A stretch of DNA of 64,000 bases, taken from Gonapodya sp. JEL0774 (taxonomy: Eukaryota). Numbering within the stretch: the first letter of the stretch is position 1; each line of letters opens with the position of its first letter. Shown here one piece after another: positions 11,430 through 25,342 of this stretch. The notes below the pieces were generated by a model that worked only from the letters and a program-made list of their open reading frames with translations, was not told the origin of the DNA and ran no database searches. The position numbers and the translations under genes were made by a program. The stretch spans positions 1-64,000 of the forward strand of contig JADIIX010000033.1 in assembly GCA_027604505.1 (NCBI GenBank), given 5' to 3'.

Positions 11430-12996
11430 ATGGCATCTCAAGCGGGGACGCCAGCATACCCCTTCGCGGCCGGCCGACTACCGACATCCATCAAGACATC
11501 ATCGGAAGTGGAGCCACCCACGGGTGTGTCCGAACCTACAACACCATCAGCGATGTCCCGTCTCCTGTCCCCCCTACATGCTCTCTACGAGACTTTCCAG
11601 ATGAAAAGGAAGGCATTGGATTTGCCATCACCTGGAATCTATGAGAATCTGCACGGAGAAGTTCGAAGTAAGGATGGAATTCTTCATTGACACTGCTTGA
11701 ACGCTGACGTGGTGTCACGGGTTTTCATCCTCGGCTGCACCACCTCAAAACCACATTCGTCAATACATCCAGATGTGTTCCCTAGTGTGATGATGTTTGA
11801 CGGTGCCAAATTTGAGATTGGCTCGGTCATGTCACAAAGTCCTGCTTTCCAAGTATCTCACCAATTAAGATGGGGCTCTTCAAGTTATCCGAACACATAC
11901 ACGTTCAACTCGATATTTGCGAACGACAAAGTGTGTGCAATGTGACTCTCGCGAGAATCATCTTGGGGTTAATCGGTGTTCTCTACTCGGCAACAGTACC
12001 TTCTTCGAGGACAGGTTGACTCCGATGGAGTTCTACAGGCAATTGGGCACCACTTCTGGGTCAGGAGTCCTATGGTGGCAACATCGGATTCTGAGTCTCA
12101 TCAACCAGCACAACCCAAAATTCAGTCGACGAGTAAGGCAACCGCACAGATAGTGCCCGCCGACTCCCAAGGCAACTCCATGTTGAATCTGGAACACGAT
12201 TACGTTGGATCGGACTTCTCTGCTAGTGTGAAGCTTATCAACCCTAATCCCATCGACGCAGCGCCGCAATACGGAGGCGGAATGGGGCGCAAATTGTCTG
12301 GGCAGGATCCGCAGCCGTTATGGGGCTCTTCGTTCACTGGGGTGTTCGTTCTGCAATATTTGCAGTCTGTTTCTAAGAATCTGGCCTTAGGTGGAGAATT
12401 TGTTCTCCAACGTGTCCAACCAGAAATTGAAGACTCCGTTTTCACATTGGTCGCTAAGTACTGTGGCAAACCATCCGTGGTACGGCAGCCACCTCCCCCA
12501 CAACCGGGAATGCCACCTCTCATGCCTCTGGACCCTTCATACACTTGGACAACCACTTTTCAACCCGCTTCCGGAGTTCTACATACATCATACCACCATA
12601 AACTGAACCAGCGATTGGAGCTTGCTGCTGAGCTTCAAGCGCTCTTTGGAGGAGGAAGGAGAGAAGGCATCGCGACTGTGGGATTCAAGGCAGAAACCAT
12701 GTTCGCGCAGATCAAGGGATCAATTGACACCCAGGGTAAGGTTCAAGCGATTTTAGAAGAAAGACTTGCACCCCCCCTTGCATTCACGGTGAGAGTACTA
12801 CGATGACCGAGTGTTAAGGTATCATATTCTGAAGTGGGCAACAACCAAAACTCAGGTAACAGGTGAGATGGACTATACAAAACCGCAGGGTGGTGCTGGG
12901 CGTGTTGGAATCGGGTGAGCTCTTTACAATTGTTTCGGGATTCTTTGTAAATACTGACCTCGTTCACGGCAATTAAGATTCCAACTAGAAGCTTAG
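11430..12996 (+). CDS. TOM40: Mitochondrial import channel Tom40, multi-exon
   Basis: LPSPGIYENLHGEVR, SPAFQVSHQL, LEHDYVGSDFSASVKLINP, YLQSVSKNLALGGE, GSIDTQGKV and C-terminal GIGFQLEA*. Confidence 0.92.
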
Positions 12997-13216
12997 AACC
13001 CCTTGTGCAATTAATTGCTGTACAGGAGCACTTTGCAGGTACATGCAGATACTGTAAGAGGAAGAACCAAACATACATTGCACTTATTTTGTTCCGAAAT
13101 CGTCAGTTATTTTGTGGAAACAAACCTTTGTCGCTGTGAAGAACAATGTAAACCCTCAACACTTTCATCAACCCACAAAAGAGTGGCCGTACCGGACTAA
13201 GATCCCCTCAACGACG

Positions 13217-16200
13217 ATGGATGCAAAATTTTTGTCTCTTTTGCCCGTCGAGCAACGATTGGGGATTGTTAACCAAATCTTCCAGACTGTTGAACTTCGG
13301 GATCACTACAGTGCCCTACTTGCTACTCTCTTGGAAATACTTCCTTCGCTGTCCTCGACACAGCGGCTACATCAGCTTCAACGATTAGTGGATTTAGTCT
13401 TGGTGCCAACTTTCCTTGATGATGCGAAAACGCAGAGAATTGTCTTCAACTGGATTGCTCAACTCTCAGTTGCGAGTCCGGACCAAATGGGTGTCCCTCT
13501 GTTGATGCGGTTGATGGCGATCCTGACTGGAGATTCTCATGAACCCCACGTTTCTCATTGTGCTCCATTGAACATAGTCGACATGGGAAATCTATGTGGG
13601 CCGCCCCAGCCGTGTCTCGAGCTTCTGAAAGAGATATACGGACATCTCCTCCAATTGCTTGAGCTAGGGCAAGGGGACATCGCCGAGCCTACCATCCGAG
13701 CTCTAGAGCCGCAGCTTGCTCAGACCATGCGATGCTGTGTGTTTCACGTCGGAACTCTGTTCGAAGACTCCGCAATCCTCGTTTGTGCATTGGTAGTAAA
13801 ACTATTTTGTGGGCAACAGCGTTTTGTGGCTTTGTCAGACAAGACAGCTTTCTCCGAAGGTCGGCAGCGTTGGGCTCAAGTGAGAACTCTCCCCTGGTTT
13901 CTGTTCGGTGTCTTTCACGTTTGTCGATAACGCATTGTACACCAGAATGCTTGGGGGACCATTGTTGAGATTTCGCAAGCACAACTTGGGGCAGCTCTGA
14001 AACTAATGGTGGTTTTGTTTGACTTCTTAGTCGGTATGGATTTGGCGGAGCCAATGCACACTCGCTTCGCTAAGTTACAAAGAAAACCTAAGACAACTAT
14101 TGGAGAGAATGCTGGCCCAGATCCAGCTCCCATAGTGTTGTTTTACAAAGAGAAATCGTTCTGGAAGATGATTCAAACAGGCTTGTCATCGCCATCAACA
14201 ACAGTGTACAAGGCTGCACAATCTGTCTTCAAACGCACAATATCGTTTTGTAGTCTCTTTGAGGGGTCTGATGCAGCGGCGGGTGACTGGACAGAGTACT
14301 TTAAATGGAGTGGACCGGAAATGTGGAGGCAATGGATGTTGACTTTTGAAGTCATTAGTGAATCGAGCTCCATACGTTTAATAGAAGTGAGTACTTGCTA
14401 TGCATGTAATAAAGCGCATAAGTCCACCAGATTTTTCCCAAAGCCGGTTCTGTCAGGTGTTCAGGAGATCGCCATCAAGGGGTCGCCGAATGCTTCACCG
14501 CGTATGCATCCATCATGGTGGATGATAATTGTTCGGCGAGGGTTTGCGTCGACTTCGTGGGGCGTTAGGCGAAAATTCATTGATGCTGTGTTGGCATTGC
14601 CATCTGAAGCGCTTACAGGGCTGGAGGATTGCCACGACTTTGCATATGGCGATTTGATCAGCGCTCTTGACCAAACCCGGTTTTTTTACTCAAAGGATCT
14701 CGGATCTTTTGAATCTGATTTTGGGAAACAGATCTCGTTGTTCTTTCCGCGTCTGGTTTCTGCCTTGCAACCTTCCACTGGCGCATACGTAGAAAGGCGT
14801 ATAATGGGAGTTGTTAACTCGGTGACTGTGCCTGCATGCGCCCTCTTCATCTTACACGCTCTATCCAATTGTCCTTATGTTGGAAAATGGGAGTTCACGG
14901 AGTTGAACGCACTGAACTCCATTCTCGTTTCGCGAACTTGGGAGTGAGTGACCAGGACTTCAGGTTACGAGAAACAACAGAATGCGACGTTTTGCTCGAT
15001 TTCTTTGGTTAGGAAAGTGTATCGCTTGGTTGCTCGGAGCCTTGCGATCGATTTAATTTGCAAACTGACGTTAAGGGTCTTAAATCCCGCAGCAATCGCG
15101 ACCACAGTTGGACTTATTACAGGAATAGCACCTTTAAGTCAATTGGAGCGTGCTCGTCTTGAGGTGTGGGTAAATTCTGATACGTCAGCTTGCTTGCATT
15201 TCGGACAGTTTGTTCGATCGGCGCTCTTGGCTTTCTGTTCTCCCATCGCCGCTATTTCCGTGGACAATCTAAAATGTGAAGCGGCGTCGCTGGTGGCTGC
15301 GTTTTTTCTTCTTCGAGGCGCCGGACAACAATCAGATGATGCACTGACTCCTTTTTTTGATGGACTCGCATCTGCAAATAACCCTTTCCATCGAAATCAA
15401 GTCGCGCACCTGGTTCTACTGGAATCCATTTCGAGGACGCTCATCGATTTGAAACCAGACGATACTGTACAAGGACTATGGGAGCAGCTTCGAGGTGTTG
15501 GGGAGGAGGTGCTTTTGTTCATCGAAATGCGTCTCTTTGAGTTTTCTGAGAACAGTACGAATGTTAAATCTTTGGTGATTCTTTGTGCACAGTATAAAGT
15601 CATTTTCTTCAAACAGATCTCGAGTTTGGCGACCTCATGGTTTCGGCTCTCGCGTTTTACACTCGAGCGGCGAACGCACTCACTGGGGAATCCGGGGCTG
15701 TTGCTAGAAGATTGTTCCACCCAGTTGTAGAGAAGCTTATTCAGAGTGGGCGAAAGTTAGTGCGCGCAGGATGATTATCCCGCCAGTGTCGGTCTACCGT
15801 ATGCTGATCCACAACTGATTGTACTTGAAGTACGCTTGTTGGACTTGTTGCCGCGAAGGCTCTAGAAGCTCTAATGATTGCGGCGAGAGTCAGGCAACTC
15901 GATTTCTCTTTCGACTCTCGTCTTGTCTGGCAAATACTCAATTCTCATATTGGACAGCGTCCAAGCTCTTCTCTGGAGATACATCAGTCTTGGGGTGAAG
16001 TTATGTCAAGTTTTTACCGTCAAAAATGGAAATGCGCACTGGAAACCTTGCTTTCGATGATAATGGTAAGCATAATGCGCGTATAGTTTTTTGAGACTTT
16101 AAAGCACACCGTGCACCTTTCTCAGCTCCTACCATTTGAGCTGAAGAATCTAGATGGGTATGCTTTGTTATCTCGATGTTGCGAAGAGTTGGACGATACC

Positions 16201-18680
16201 GATTCGAAAGCCGGAGAATTTTTGTTTGCAGTTGCAAAAATCATTACCGGTTCCTTTGCAGACAGTGAATGGGTCCAACTTGTCGCTTCGTATTGTGATA
16301 AGGGGCTCTCCGTCGTACAAGAAGCTACCATGGTTTCTGGTGTTCACGCTCGAACAATCTCGGAGTCTTTCATTACTTCGTTGTTTCACGCTCGTCTTAT
16401 GGGTGTTCGGGGCATGGATCTGATTTTAATAGAGGCAGTTGTCAAGATTCGCAAGTTCGGCGAAAAGCATATGGGACCTGTCACTGCTCTTGGTCGCGCT
16501 TTATGGTACACTTCGGTGGTCAAAGACCAACCGCCTCCTCTTTCGTTCGCAGATGAGCTGGCAGAGCTGGCAGTCTGGGGGCCACCACGAGACGAGAGTC
16601 AGGGCAGCATTGAAAGTGCTATTCTCCGGATTAAGAACCGAACCTCTGAGGATATCGCATTTCGGGCCCCATCCGTGGATCCATACGAAAGGGACTACAC
16701 GTGCCGCGTATTTATTAATGTGCTTATTCTGCATCTCCAGATGAGAGAAACGAATTATGACATTCTAGAGAGATTTGTTGGTTGCCTCCAGAGAAGATGC
16801 GGGCAGGGAGGCAATCAAGAACAAGAGAGTAAATTCTTGGGCTCCGAAGAGCAAAGACGCCGCTCAAGGGCTTGGTGCACTGTGGTTTTGTTAATGCCTT
16901 GGATCTTAAAGTGGGCACATCTTCCTGAGTTCGTTCTCTGGCTCTTTGAGAGACTCAAGTCTGAGGTACTTCCGGCAACTCGCCACTTCGTAGAGTGGTG
17001 TCTTGCTCTCGCAATCTTGCGACATCCCCAATTGCGAACACTCCTTTGGACGTGTGTTGTTTGTGATTGTTTGTGGCCACGACTTAATGTTCTAATCATT
17101 TCCACATGACAGAGAGTTGAAAGACCTGGAGGCCAAACCACACGTCGTCGTGTCTCTCACGCAAGTTACTCTCTTTTTGATGAGGAAGATAGCCACCCTA
17201 CCAGGATTTCTTGATGAGGTGCGAAGTTAACTAATGTGATTACGTGGATTACATGCAACTAACTAGTTTTGGAACATTTCACCACAAGCTATGCGAAGCA
17301 GTGAGCCCATGGTTGGCTTCACACCACTTCACCGTCCGAATTTTCGCCCAGTGGCTTATTTACACTACATGGGAACTGCTTGGTGGCAACTTCTCGCAGT
17401 GGGTGAAACAGCGTTTGGTGTCACTTCTCCTTTAACACACCTTGTAAAGGGTGAACTCGACGAAATCTGAAGCACTGGAGCCCCTCGTTAGATTTCTATA
17501 TCTGAACCCTGAGTGTCAGCGGCATCGTGATCAATTCCATAGCGATTACATGTTAACCTGCTTCGATATTGAAGAGGACTTAACGATCGGTAAGGTATTC
17601 CCTCAGTGGAAAATCGATAGATATCATCGTCCATGTCATTTCATCGCACGTCTAGATTTCTTGTTCTCGGGTTTCGGAAGGTTGAAGGGATATGCTGGGG
17701 ACGAGATTATCGAACTTGTGAGATCACTGTGGCTCCCTTCTCCCTCTGGTCCTTTGTGACGGTTGTGTTCGAACACTCATGCAGAGCGCCTTTATGAGAG
17801 TTATGCAAGCGCCATCTCGGCATGTACCCTTTGTGAACGCAGATCGCAAGAAGCGTTATGACGAGTGGCAGAAGCCAAAGATCAATTCTGTTGCTGTCGA
17901 AGACCAACTACCTATGGGCAACCCCGTCCAGCGCAAAGGTGATGTATGGTCGGACTTGGGAGTGGACTTTTCCACTCCGGAGGCTTCCGGACCGGAGAAG
18001 AGAGTGTGTAATGAGAAAAGCTTGCCATTCCGAAGGCTGTAATTCTAAAAGCACCGCCTCCGCCGTCACAGAAACCTTGTCTCTCACTTCTCGTTGTGGC
18101 ATCTCTCCTCGAAAAGCCCGAAAACCTGGGCGGACTGTGTCGTACATGTGAAATATTTGGTGTCGAATCGCTGGTCTTGCACTCAACAAAAGTAACAATG
18201 GAGCAAGCATTCAAAAGTCTGTCCGTCACATCTCACTTGCACATACCACTTTTTGAAGTTCGTTACATGGTCGAGGATGTATGTGCTCCTTCAGCAACTC
18301 AATTTTTGTTTCTACCCTAGGTCAACAGAAATGATCTACCGGTTTTCCTCAACAGCAAGAAGCACGACGGCTACACGATAGTGGGTGTCGAACAGGCTGA
18401 GGGAAGCGTAATGCTCAGCGAAATCAGCTTCCCGGAGCGTGTCATCCTAGTGTTGGGCAAGGAGAAGGGAGGTATACCCCCCACAATATTGATGCTATGC
18501 GACATATTGATAGAAGTAAGTCATCTCATGGCTGGTTGCTTTTCGCTTTTGATCATAACCTCAAAATGTTTTCACCAGATCCCTCAATTCGGTATCACGC
18601 GATCGTTGAACGTGCACGTTTCAGGAAGTCTGGTGATATGGGAGTTCCTTCGACAACAATTTGGGCGTATCACAGGATAG
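13217..18680 (+). CDS. TRM3: tRNA (guanosine-18 2'-O)-methyltransferase Trm3/TARBP1, multi-exon
   Basis: C-terminal SPOUT motifs VASLLEKPENLGGLCRTCEIFG, LVLGKEKGGIP and IPQFGITRSLNVHVSGSL, after a very long alpha-helical N-terminal region typical of Trm3. Confidence 0.9.
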
Positions 18681-18728
18681 CACCTATCTTGATCACACAT
18701 TACATCATTCAATTGTCGATCCTGTATA

Positions 18729-21615
18729 TCACAAAAGCGTGAATGGATAAAACACATCCCTCGGTAACGGTGGCAAAAGCCTGGGCGCCGGTGGCACGTA
18801 TACATTTGCCCCATCCTCGCCGACCCTCACGAACCCCACCGCTGCCCTTGCCAAAAATTGTTGCTTCTTACTCGCAGCACCTGTCCCCTGACAATCATCC
18901 GCAGAGTCACACCGATACTGGAATGACCCGAGTACGTATCGTGTGCGAGCGGACAAGATGGTCGGTTGTGGGTTCAGTTGGGATCCGAGATCCGTCCAGA
19001 GAAACTCGAGAGACAGGGAAACAAGGACGTCGGAGCATTGACCCGGATTCGAAGCGGGCTGATTGCGGTTACGTGTTTGCGATTTTGCAACAGAGTAGGT
19101 TTGCACGGCCTACCAAACCACGAAGAGAGATGCTTCACCCACCGCACTTCCCCATCCCGCCTGGGGCGGCGTACCCAGCATTGTAACCCACATGCTCGGA
19201 TCCTGCCAGCTTGAGTTCCCCCAAGCCCCGACTAAATTGGGTATGCCCGAAGGGTCAGCGAAGCCGGTAAGAGCTTGCCACACCATCAGGCGGATCGCGG
19301 GGCATGAAGAGCTCAGATCGGAGAAAGAAAGGTCGAAAGTGCAGCTAGTTTGGAGATAGAGTCCATATTTCGCTCGTTTGTCAGTCATATTTGGACAGTC
19401 CAACCAACAACTCACCTTCCTGAGATATCTTCACCAAAACCGACAACTACTCTCGCCGATCTATCTGCTCCAATTCCTGTACACCTCATACGCCCCGCAG
19501 CAGCATCGTACATCATGGCAGGCATGGTAAATCCAGATATCGGATCAGGATCAAAGAGTACCGACGAAGTGCCGGTGGGACTGGTGGTTGACAAACCAAA
19601 AAGAATGGGATGGTGGGAGAGGTACCCAGGGTGGCCAGAGCGGTGAAGGGGAGAGGGATTAGACGACTTTTAATTGTTTTTAGATGTTTGAATATCGTAC
19701 CATAGTGTATGGGAAGACGTTTCACTTACCTCCTGCCACCGCACAGAAAACTTCTGTCCCACTGCAATCCATGTTTGCATTGTTGCGGGAATGGTGGCGT
19801 TTCCGTAGGTGACCGCAGCGGAGACAGATTGAATGCTGGGGGTTGTCGCTACGAGAGACCAGGTGATGGTGTAGGTAATCTGGAGGAAACTGAGATCACT
19901 GGCACTATTACAGACCTCCTTAAACGCCTTCATACTCACTCCAATGACCATATTGATGCACTGCCCTCCAAAGACTGCTGGCGCTCGTAAGGCAGCCACT
20001 GGCTGAACTACCACGGTGGTGGGGGCTGTTGAGACTGACTGCTTGTCGTTGTCAGGTCGATGTCAGGATGGCTACAATGCAAAGAGAGAATGCAGACTCA
20101 CTTGCACGACTGTTTTGACGTACCACGATGCGTCGAGTGGGGTACCCTGTGTGCAGGCGGTGGTGATATTTGGAATGATACGGTGGCAAGAGGAGTCGGA
20201 ATTGACGAGGAATCCTGTTAGGCATGGCAATTGATTGAGAAACGGGCATAAATTGGACCTCTCTACACGTTTACTCACCCAAGACGGCATTGTCGTCACA
20301 TTTGCCTCCGGCGACTGTGGCGGGGAGCGGGAAAGGACCAGCGAGTGGAAGGCCAGGTGAACCGTAAACAACTTGAACGGGGTCACCGTACTGGCGTAGG
20401 GATTAAGGAGATGGAGTGACGTGTGATTGGATGAATTGACGGGAGCATCAGGACTGTGGAAGAAATAGGTTTACAGTCGTGACGCCGCTCACTCTATACG
20501 GCGTTGAAGGCAGCGCGGCCCCGTCGCCCGGATCCAGCGTTCCGGGAAAGTACGTGTAGGGATATGTGGAGAAGAGACTTTGGAATGTAGCGTCGGAGGT
20601 GATCGGTGTGGTGACCCCAGCAGGTAGGTGATAGAAGAACCCGAGTGAAGGGTCTGCAGTGTAGCGGTTGTAGAGGGTGGGTGAAAAGTAGAGGGATGAG
20701 TGGAAGCAGGACCGTGAATGGAGGCAGAGTATGAAGAATTGAGTTGGTGGGGGTTAAACAGAATGCGGGAACCGTTCGACGGAGGCAATCGGGGACCGCT
20801 CGCACTCCCATTGGAACTGCTCACTGTTATCGATAACAATACACAGTGCACCATCACTTGCAGTGGCCACACCGGCTTCGAGGCCAAACCTAAAATACAT
20901 TGTGAGTATCGAAACAGCTGACTTGTCTCACACCAAGGTGACAGAAGCAAGTCCCGCACCTGTTTGAATTCACGATGGCTAAATATTTCGAGCATAGAGG
21001 TTTTGTCGCGTCCGAATACGCTGCAGCGCCAGTGGCGGCCTTGGCCGCTGATATGCAATCCGAGGTGAAGACTGCGCCTTCAACAGCGACGGTGCAATCT
21101 GGGTCGCAGCAGCATTGAGGATCACAGAAGGAGGAGGTGAGATCGCATGGGCAGGGGGAATAGTCTTGGGGACACGAGGAATTGTTGGAGCAACACGGAT
21201 CACGACGGGTGAAGTCTGGACACACCTCGGTCGTAGTTCGTGAGCGAAGGAGTTGTGACAACTTGTGACCAGTTAATGGGGAGGTATGACTGGGCTTTCA
21301 ACCCGTGGGAATCGAAAACAGGGGAGTAGACGGTACGATTGAATTGGATTCATTCCTCAATTGAAACAAGCAGGATGCAGGCTGTCTTCTTCATTTAGCT
21401 TTTTCATTTTATTTTTGCTCACCGGCGACAAGTCGAGGAAAAGCTAGTGCGATCGCGACAGAAACGGCGGATAGAATACGGGCGGTATTGATAGGTCGCA
21501 AGCGGCGGTGAGAGAGGGAGCGGTGACACCAGCGAGCACCACATCGACCCTGGATGTGAGCTTCAAATAATTTGAAGCTGGGTTCTCGGACAATCAAAGC
21601 TCTTTTTCGTCGCAT
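18729..21615 (-). CDS. TCTN: Tectonic family ciliary transition-zone protein, multi-exon
   Basis: CPCDLTSSFCDPQCCCDPDC signature, GNPGY motif, C-terminal PPLPRDVFYPF and an N-terminal hydrophobic segment (ILSAVSVAIALA). Start codon uncertain. Confidence 0.88.
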
Positions 21616-22575
21616 TGTGGAACAGGGTGGTGGTGTCGCGCCAGTTGTCCCATGTGTTCCACAGAAAATGGCCGTAATACAGAGAAAATTGCAGATGTTG
21701 AGTTACCACTGAAGATTAGTATCGCAGTCAAGGTTATTAGTTTTAGACTGCAGGTTATGAGTCTATAAAGAGGGTTTGACGTGCGCTTGGTCCGCCAAAC
21801 TCTGTTGGGTGATTCATCATCTAGCATTAGTTTAGGCATCAGTGCTTTGCATTGGCTGCTCGGGTTTCGTGAGGGATCGGTGTCTCCGCCGCCTCTGCCA
21901 ATTTCGGCAACATTTGAGCTACTTAGTAGCGACATCGCGGGCACTACACAAACTAACTTATTCAGGCACTAGCGATAGGGATTGCTGATCGATTCATGAT
22001 GCTTTGATGTTCTCGCGATAAGGAGCTGATGGGGAGACACCCGCAGTTTGCGGGTGGCAGAGTGGGTGTCACCCAGAGCGGGGAGGGAACAAGTCCACAG
22101 CAGGAATCCGTTTGTTCCTGCTCAACTGCAAAAACGCGAAGAAAAAAACATATATACCGAGTTAAAAATGTCACTTGGAGATAGAAGTCTCGTTCGAACC
22201 CATCGATAACTTGGGTGTGGTGTTCAGATTGCAGGAAAGTCAACTTGATCGTGTCGTCGGACCTGAAACCATATTCGTGCAACGAGACTGCCCAATCGTG
22301 ACGTCTCCAGTGGTTCCCAATGGACATTTGCTTTTCCCGATCCATTTAACTGTCTAATTCAACCAGATGCAACAGGGGTCCGCTGTCCGGCGTCCCTGTG
22401 ACCCTTTTCCCCATACCTGGATTTATCTCCGAATGCGGCGATCGTGCGGGGCACTCATTAATCATAAAGAGTGATTCCAGCGCTACATTCAATCACGAAA
22501 CGGGTTTTTGAAAGCCATCATCGCTGTGGTCTATTCTGTTTCGTTGAAACGCAACTGACTTTGGACGGAACGGAG

Positions 22576-25342
22576 ATGACTTCAGACTTGGAAGTGGAAC
22601 AGCAGCTTAAAGGCATGGAAGTGATGAAAGACTGGACGATGGAGGAGGAGAAGGCACTGGTCCGTAAAATCGACTCGAAGCTCGTTCCCTGGATCATGTT
22701 GCTTTACCTACTCGGTTACCTTGGTGAGAAAGATCACGACTTGCGTATGATATCTGAGCTGACTCACGTTTACTTTTGGCTTTAGATCGCGTGAATATTG
22801 GGAATGCGAAGGTTTCAAACGCTGAAGTATGTTTCTGGTCGCTACACGTTCAACATGCCCCTTTCCTGATTTTCATTTTCCATTGACAGGTCCCTGGCGC
22901 TTCGATGGAGGCCACGTTGGGATTAGATGCGAGCCAGTACAGTTGGGTCAGTCACGATCGAGTTGGCTGGTTGAACGATTTTCGACTGGTTCCTTTTCAC
23001 AGTCTGTAGCCATCTTCTTCTTCGGATATGTGCTCTTCGAAGTACCCAGTAACATTCTACTGGTGAGGTTGAAGTACGATGACACGAGAACATGGACAAT
23101 TCTGATCTTGTGTCACCCACCCGCCCATAACAGAAAGTGTACTCGCCTTCTCGCTGGGTGAGCAGTGCCATTTCACCACAGCTTTTCGCTCCATCGCTCA
23201 CCCTCGCGTATCTCTCACTTTTGGCTTTCAGCTCGCTCGGATAATGACCACGTGAGTTTCTTCACCGATCGATCAGCCACTACTTTGCATTATTCACCCA
23301 CCCTGAACTCCAGCTGGGGCATTTGCGCAATGTGCATGGCTGCTGTGACAAGCTTTCCCGGCCTCCTGGTCGCACGACTTTTTTTGGGTATCAGTGAGTA
23401 GAAACGACAGGGCTCCTTCAACATTCGCAGCTGACGGGTAAACGAATCTGGAATAGTGGAATCCGGTAGCTTCCCAGGATTCATTTACTACTATACCTTC
23501 TGGTATAAGCAGAGGGTGAGTCTTGGTTGAGCTTATTCGAATGTCGGTTGCACTTCATTTCTCGATAATAGGAACAAGCAACGCGTGTTGCTCTGTTTTT
23601 CTCGATGGCTTCGGTTGCTGGGGCATTCTCTGGTCTCCTGGCGTCTGCCATCTCCTTCCTCAACGGAACAGCCGGACTGGAAGGGTGGAGGTACGTTTGT
23701 CCGTGGCGTGAAAGGTGTTTCTGATCCAGTATCGCTTTTTCTCATTTCATATATTTTCTACCAGGTGGATCTTTCTAAGTGAGTGGCGTCGATTTGAGCA
23801 ATCCAAGAGATTGACTAACGTTCAGGCTTGAATCTCTTGATCTCGTCATTATATAACCCATCACAGTTGGTAAGTATCACCATGGATTGAGTGTTATTCT
23901 CTGACGAGATCTTAATAACGCTTCTTCTTAATAATAGAGGGCCTCCCTTCGGTCGTTGTTGGGATCCTCGTGTGGTTTTTGTGCGTTGTACGAGTGCCCA
24001 TATGCAGGGTGTGCTCAGATGTATTGACCGGATTCTGTTTATCAGGTTACCGAACTTTCCACAAACGGAAACGAAATGGCTCTCAGAAAGGGAACGCTAT
24101 ATTGCCATTAACAGGTTGCCTTCGTGAGTACCAAACTGGCTCCCGTAAGTGTTTGCAGGTTTCACCCACCAGTGATACACCATAGAACCGCTCCATCACA
24201 CACCCACAAGAACTATGAGCCTGAGGAACTCATCAAAACTTTTGCAAATCCATGGACCTGGGTCTTCAACATCACGAACTTTTGCATCAACTGCCAGCTC
24301 TACACGGTAATGATCCCGTCTCCAGGGCACAAGGGTGTCTTCAAATGATTTCGTTTGCTGATCAATGTGATAATTTGAATGCAGGTGTCCTATTTCAATC
24401 CAACCATCATCAAGAACCTTGGTTACACCTCGTATATCGCACAACTGATGACTGGTATGAAGCACGACTCACTCTTCTGTGCTTCCTGTATATGCAGTTA
24501 CTGATACGTCGTCCCGAAACAAGTACCGCCATATGTTGCCGCATTTGTTGTGAGTTACGTAACCTTAAGTTTCTCGAAGTACTCGATTGCTGACTTTTAC
24601 TGCTGCAGTGGACTCTCGGTTTGGGATACAACTCTGATCGAACAGGGGAGCGCCCTTTCCACGTGGCGGCATCATTTCTCCTTGCTATGATTGGGTTCAT
24701 TTTAAATCTTGTTTTGGACGGTGAGAATGCAATGAGCGGCGTGAAATATCGGAGAGAGCGGAATTGACATTGTTCGCACTCCATCGTTTCAGTCAAAGCT
24801 TCCACCGGTCTTAAGTACTTCGCGGTTTTTCTCGCCACAATGGGAAGTTTTGGTATGTCTCGCGAGCTATGATTTGGTGGAAGTGAATTGGGGATGTTTT
24901 GATTGATGAAATTGCCCAATCCCACCAACAGGGACCGTCCCATGCATCAATGCATTCCGGACAAAGACGATGCGGTGCGTGATTTTATTCTAAATGTTGA
25001 TCGATGAAATTGAAACCCTTTGATCTCAATTTTGAAACTCAACCAATAATTGTGTAGTGGTTCCGCTACTAGTGCGGCCGTGGCTACTGCTTCAATGATT
25101 GCGACAGGAAACATTGGTGGGATAGTTGCACCATTCCTCTTCCCCAATACAGCAGGTACGCTTTCTGGTGATCTGTTCTCAGGTTTGCGCCATCTTTACA
25201 CTTCGACACCAATCTTTCAGGCCCACAATACACATCTGGAACGATCACAATTATTTCACTCCAATGCCTCGGCATCTGTGGGATACTAATTCTTCGTCAT
25301 GTCTACCGAAACGTTGGCGATGGTGTTGCGGTGGAACATTGA
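22576..25342 (+). CDS. MFS transporter, Dal5/Tna1-like (anion:cation symporter family), highly fragmented by introns
   Basis: EEKALVRKIDSKLVP, LDRVNIGNAK, FFFGYVLFEVPSNILL, ARLFLG, GWRWIFLIEGLP, KWLSERER and GNIGGIVAPFLF. Confidence 0.9.
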
